A stretch of 64,000 nucleotides of DNA from the NCBI GenBank assembly GCA_016187025.1, contig JACPKM010000004.1, positions 163,637 through 227,636 of the forward strand. The letters are read 5' to 3'. A program made the translations under genes and the position numbers. The notes under the pieces are model-generated. The model was not told the origin of the DNA, searched no databases, and saw only the letters and a list, made by a program, of their open reading frames with translations. The stretch's first letter is position 1. Every line of letters starts with the position of its first letter. Source of the stretch: Candidatus Daviesbacteria bacterium (GTDB lineage Bacteria; Patescibacteriota; Microgenomatia; Daviesbacterales; UBA10151). Positions 61,156 to 64,000 of the stretch are shown piece after piece.

Positions 61156-62526
61156 TTATTTTTTAAAGAAAACTTTTCCATTTAAAATAAGCCATGCCCA
61201 AAGCGGTATAAATTCTATTATCTTTCCGTCTATTTTCTTCTTGTCAGCGTAGTTTTTCGTTAATATTATTCCTTTCTCTTTACCAAATTCGGCTAAACTT
61301 TCTATCATGCTTTCTATTTCCCGTTCATGTGGTTGGTCAGTATAGGAAACATTGAAAAACGCCAGATCTGGATTCATAGTAACAAAATCTATTTCTTTCT
61401 TCCCTTTCCAATAGTAAATAGCTGCGTTTTGTTTTCGAAGCTCCATATAGACTATATTTTCTGCACATTGGCCAAGGTCAGGCCGGAGAAGCGGTACATT
61501 AAAGTTTCTAAGGCCATTATCAACCATATAAATTTTTCTAGGCCGCTGAATATCTTGTGTTTCTTTGGTTTTATATGAAAAATGCTTACTTTCAAAAAAA
61601 AGGTAAGCCCGTTGAAAAAAATCAAGGTACGTTTTGGTAGTTTCAACAGAAAGCTTTTGTGGGTGAGAAAGACTGCTATAGGTATGTGTCTTGGTGAAAT
61701 CAGACATTATTTGAAGTCCTAATATCTCTACTTCTTGTTGGTTCCTGACTCCATTTGGTACGACAACATCACGGGTTACTGTATCCCGGTAGTAACTGGA
61801 AGCTAATTCCCGTTTTACTTCTTCATCTTCTGCTAAGACTATTTCCGGATAACCTCCTTCTTTAAGATAATTACCTAAATGATGGAGAATACTTGTTTGT
61901 TGGGGGAAGTTAGCTTGTCTCAAAGATTCTATACTTGCTTCCCCTTCTACTGCCACTCCTTTTATTGAGAGGTATTCATAAAAATTAAGAGGATAGACGT
62001 CTACTTGAACATTTCTTCCAGTCAATACTGTAGCTGATTCAGATTCAACCAGAGACTTTCTTGATCCAGAAAGAATAAACTTGATGGGTTCTTGCCTTTC
62101 GTATTTACTGCTTATCCAACGGTTAAACTCTTTAACACCCTGAATTTCGTCTAAGAATAAATAGACTTTGCCTTGTGGATTGTAGGTTTCTAAGTAGTAG
62201 TTTAGTAAATCCTCAACTAATTTCCAGCCTAAATTGAGGTATTGCTGTACTAAAATATCCTCTAAAAAGAGATAGACAACATTTTTAGCCGGAACATTCT
62301 TCCCGGCAATCAGGTGCTGCATTAATTGGTGCATAAGTGTTGATTTTCCAGCACGGCGTACACCTGTAAGCGTTATTACATGGCGAAGATCCATGAGTTT
62401 TTTTATCCGGTTAAGGTATTTCTCACGGGGAACGGTACTAACCCATTTTCCGCGGGAAGGATCAGTAAAGTGAGGATTCCAGGTCGTTAGAAGGGTATTT
62501 AGAACTTCTCTATCCACAGAATACAT
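61156..62526 (-). CDS. AAA+ ATPase of the AAA_14 / DUF4143 family
   Basis: Walker A GVRRAGKST, Walker B LFLDEIQ, and the C-terminal DUF4143-like region. Confidence 0.75.
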   Translation of the reverse strand: MYSVDREVLNTLLTTWNPHFTDPSRGKWVSTVPREKYLNRIKKLMDLRHVITLTGVRRAGKSTLMHQLMQHLIAGKNVPAKNVVYLFLEDILVQQYLNLGWKLVEDLLNYYLETYNPQGKVYLFLDEIQGVKEFNRWISSKYERQEPIKFILSGSRKSLVESESATVLTGRNVQVDVYPLNFYEYLSIKGVAVEGEASIESLRQANFPQQTSILHHLGNYLKEGGYPEIVLAEDEEVKRELASSYYRDTVTRDVVVPNGVRNQQEVEILGLQIMSDFTKTHTYSSLSHPQKLSVETTKTYLDFFQRAYLFFESKHFSYKTKETQDIQRPRKIYMVDNGLRNFNVPLLRPDLGQCAENIVYMELRKQNAAIYYWKGKKEIDFVTMNPDLAFFNVSYTDQPHEREIESMIESLAEFGKEKGIILTKNYADKKKIDGKIIEFIPLWAWLILNGKVFFKK

Positions 62527-62611
62527 TATACGCTATTGAGGCTAAATCGTCAAGTGTAATAGAAGGTTTATACATAAAACCTTACGTTATACTGGAAGGT
62601 TTTTACTTCTC

Positions 62612-62908
62612 TTAGACATAAGTTACTTCTTGTAAAACCTCTTGTCTGATTGCAGGTTTAAGTGCTTTTTTCGTCACCAAGTCAACTTTTTTACCGATAA
62701 TCTTACTCAGGAACTCCTCAAGTTCTATAAATTTAAAAAATCCTAAAGGCTCAGAAAACTCAACCAATACATCAACATCACTAGACTGTGTATTTTGTCC
62801 TCTTGCTACCGAGCCAAACACACCTATATCTTTAACGTTATAGGTATTTCTAAGAAAGTCTATATGTTTATTTATAATATTCTTGATCTGCTTTACATCT
62901 GTTCTCAT
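62612..62908 (-). CDS. Minimal nucleotidyltransferase (MNT, Pol-beta superfamily; HepT/MNT-type antitoxin-like), orphan
   Basis: GVFGSVARGQNTQSSDVDVLVEF matches the GS..D.D motif. No HepT/DUF86 partner lies within 90 bp. Confidence 0.7.
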   Translation of the reverse strand: MRTDVKQIKNIINKHIDFLRNTYNVKDIGVFGSVARGQNTQSSDVDVLVEFSEPLGFFKFIELEEFLSKIIGKKVDLVTKKALKPAIRQEVLQEVTYV

Positions 62909-63040
62909 GTTCTAATTATACCCTAAATGTGGTATATTATGTAAAGGTGAATATGTACGTTATAGCCTGAATTGTAATTTAGCCTTAGGTAAGACTTAAA
63001 CTTGCAGTTTATCCATAGGTTAGAAAATAGTTATAACCGC

Positions 63041-63063
63041 AGGATAAATTTGTAATTTATCCT
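63041..63063. promoter_or_regulatory. Perfect 10-bp inverted repeat operator-like palindrome (aggataaatt-tgt-aatttatcct) abutting a TATAAT box
   Basis: The 23-bp dyad ends 63063. TATAAT spans 63063..63068 and the first ATG of the downstream ORF is at 63085. Confidence 0.5.
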
Positions 63064-63084
63064 ATAATATGATATATTAATCTA

Positions 63085-64000
63085 ATGTCAGATATAGAAC
63101 GGGGTGCGGGTAAAAAACCATATCCATTGACTACTAAAGAGTTAATTTTTTCCGGAATCCTGCCGGATTTACTAGATTCAGCTAAAAAGTGGATTCCAAG
63201 ACAACTGCCTTCCCTATCCACTGTTGCAGCCGGACTAGGCTATTTTGCCTCATCTGGGATAGTCCATGCAGACCAGACCATAACAGCCCCTTATTGCCAA
63301 CCTGGACAAAAACCTGAATTTGTCCTTGGTTTCAAATCTATTACTGATGCAGTTATAGAAGATACAGGTGATCCTGGCTCTGTGGGAGCTCCCCTGGAAT
63401 GTGAACATACCAACCCGGATAATGGGGATGCTTTGCAGAAAACAAGCACAGGGTTAACCTTTTATAGAAAATCCACCAATACCCCTACATTTACTAATGG
63501 ATATGACCATTGGGCTCTGGTAGCAAATGAGGGCCTTGTCAAATGGACAGGGGAAAGTATTGACCCGCCAGGCCTGGGTGCACTGCCAGGAGGACCAGGG
63601 GCAGTAGTATCTGAACCTCCCATTTGCAAACCATTTAACATATTCGATAGATCCCCATCTCTCAAAAGAAGGATCTTTTCTCCTGAGCAGATTACTGTTA
63701 TGGATAATATTGCCCTTAAAGGGACAGATGAAGATAGAAATTATATGAAACATCTTCTGGGTTTTGTTAAAAAAGACCCTGCTTCCTATGCTTTAGTTAC
63801 TAAAAATATTGTTTCATTAGAAATGGTAGATGTGGTAGATCCTACAGGCAGAAACACAACTCCTGATAATATCGTCGTTAATAGTAAACTTACAGAAGGG
63901 ACAACATCATTATCTCACAGATCCATGAACGCTGTTTCTTATAATGAAGCGGATGTTTTTGATAATGCAACAGCTCTGGTGATACGTGCGAAGTCTGCTG
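63085..64000 (+). CDS. Hypothetical protein, 3' end beyond window (not in supplied ORF track because it has no stop in the window)
   Basis: I translated 305 codons from the ATG at 63085 without a stop. There is an in-frame stop at 63070. Composition is coding-like. An internal hydrophobic stretch LSTVAAGLGYFASSGIVHA is present. Confidence 0.5.
   Translation, partial: MSDIERGAGKKPYPLTTKELIFSGILPDLLDSAKKWIPRQLPSLSTVAAGLGYFASSGIVHADQTITAPYCQPGQKPEFVLGFKSITDAVIEDTGDPGSVGAPLECEHTNPDNGDALQKTSTGLTFYRKSTNTPTFTNGYDHWALVANEGLVKWTGESIDPPGLGALPGGPGAVVSEPPICKPFNIFDRSPSLKRRIFSPEQITVMDNIALKGTDEDRNYMKHLLGFVKKDPASYALVTKNIVSLEMVDVVDPTGRNTTPDNIVVNSKLTEGTTSLSHRSMNAVSYNEADVFDNATALVIRAKSA

Noticed and set aside
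62527-63040. A HepT or other toxin partner for the MNT gene in the flanking intergenic DNA
   Set aside because: No ORF of sufficient length with an R-x4-HxY-like motif exists on either side, so the MNT appears orphan.
63454-63753. Two overlapping minus-strand ORFs (99 and 67 aa)
   Set aside because: They lie antisense to a plus-strand reading frame that is open for more than 305 codons from an ATG preceded by a TATAAT box. The plus frame was missing from the ORF track only because it has no stop inside the window.

Overview
The window is a compact, low-GC bacterial chromosomal segment, largely syntenic housekeeping DNA, with genes packed tightly and many 4-nt ATGA start/stop overlaps. From 5' to 3' it carries: the 3' end of efp, then galU, lgt and a DksA/TraR zinc-finger gene. 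Next come a GAF sensor histidine kinase with a stand-alone receiver, then rluA, a Kef-type antiporter, tgt, an LCP-family gene and yebC. A near-complete de novo purine cluster follows. It has an unusual architecture: a purF-purN fusion, a purS-purL fusion, two tandem archaeal-type purP genes instead of purH, an inverted purA, and embedded riboflavin kinase and riboflavin synthase genes. After ruvC lies an ~800-bp gene-free gap rich in palindromes. The most unusual locus follows it. A 948-aa Cys-rich secreted protein with internal tandem repeats ends in a dockerin-like double Ca-loop motif. Immediately downstream is a perfect 45-bp x2 tandem intergenic repeat. It is followed by two membrane-anchored cohesin-like proteins, a tyrosine recombinase, and an orphan soluble histidine kinase of elevated GC. 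The remainder holds a Ca-type P-type ATPase, a minus-strand run (gyrA, alr, ddl, murD, a HAM1/RdgB-family pyrophosphatase gene, murC, a glmU N-domain gene, gyrB, a short holB-like gene), a type IV pilus motor/platform operon (pilB, pilT, pilC), a DUF4143 AAA ATPase, an orphan MNT nucleotidyltransferase, and an operator-preceded unknown ORF running off the window end. All functional calls come from reading conserved motifs by eye; no database search was run.
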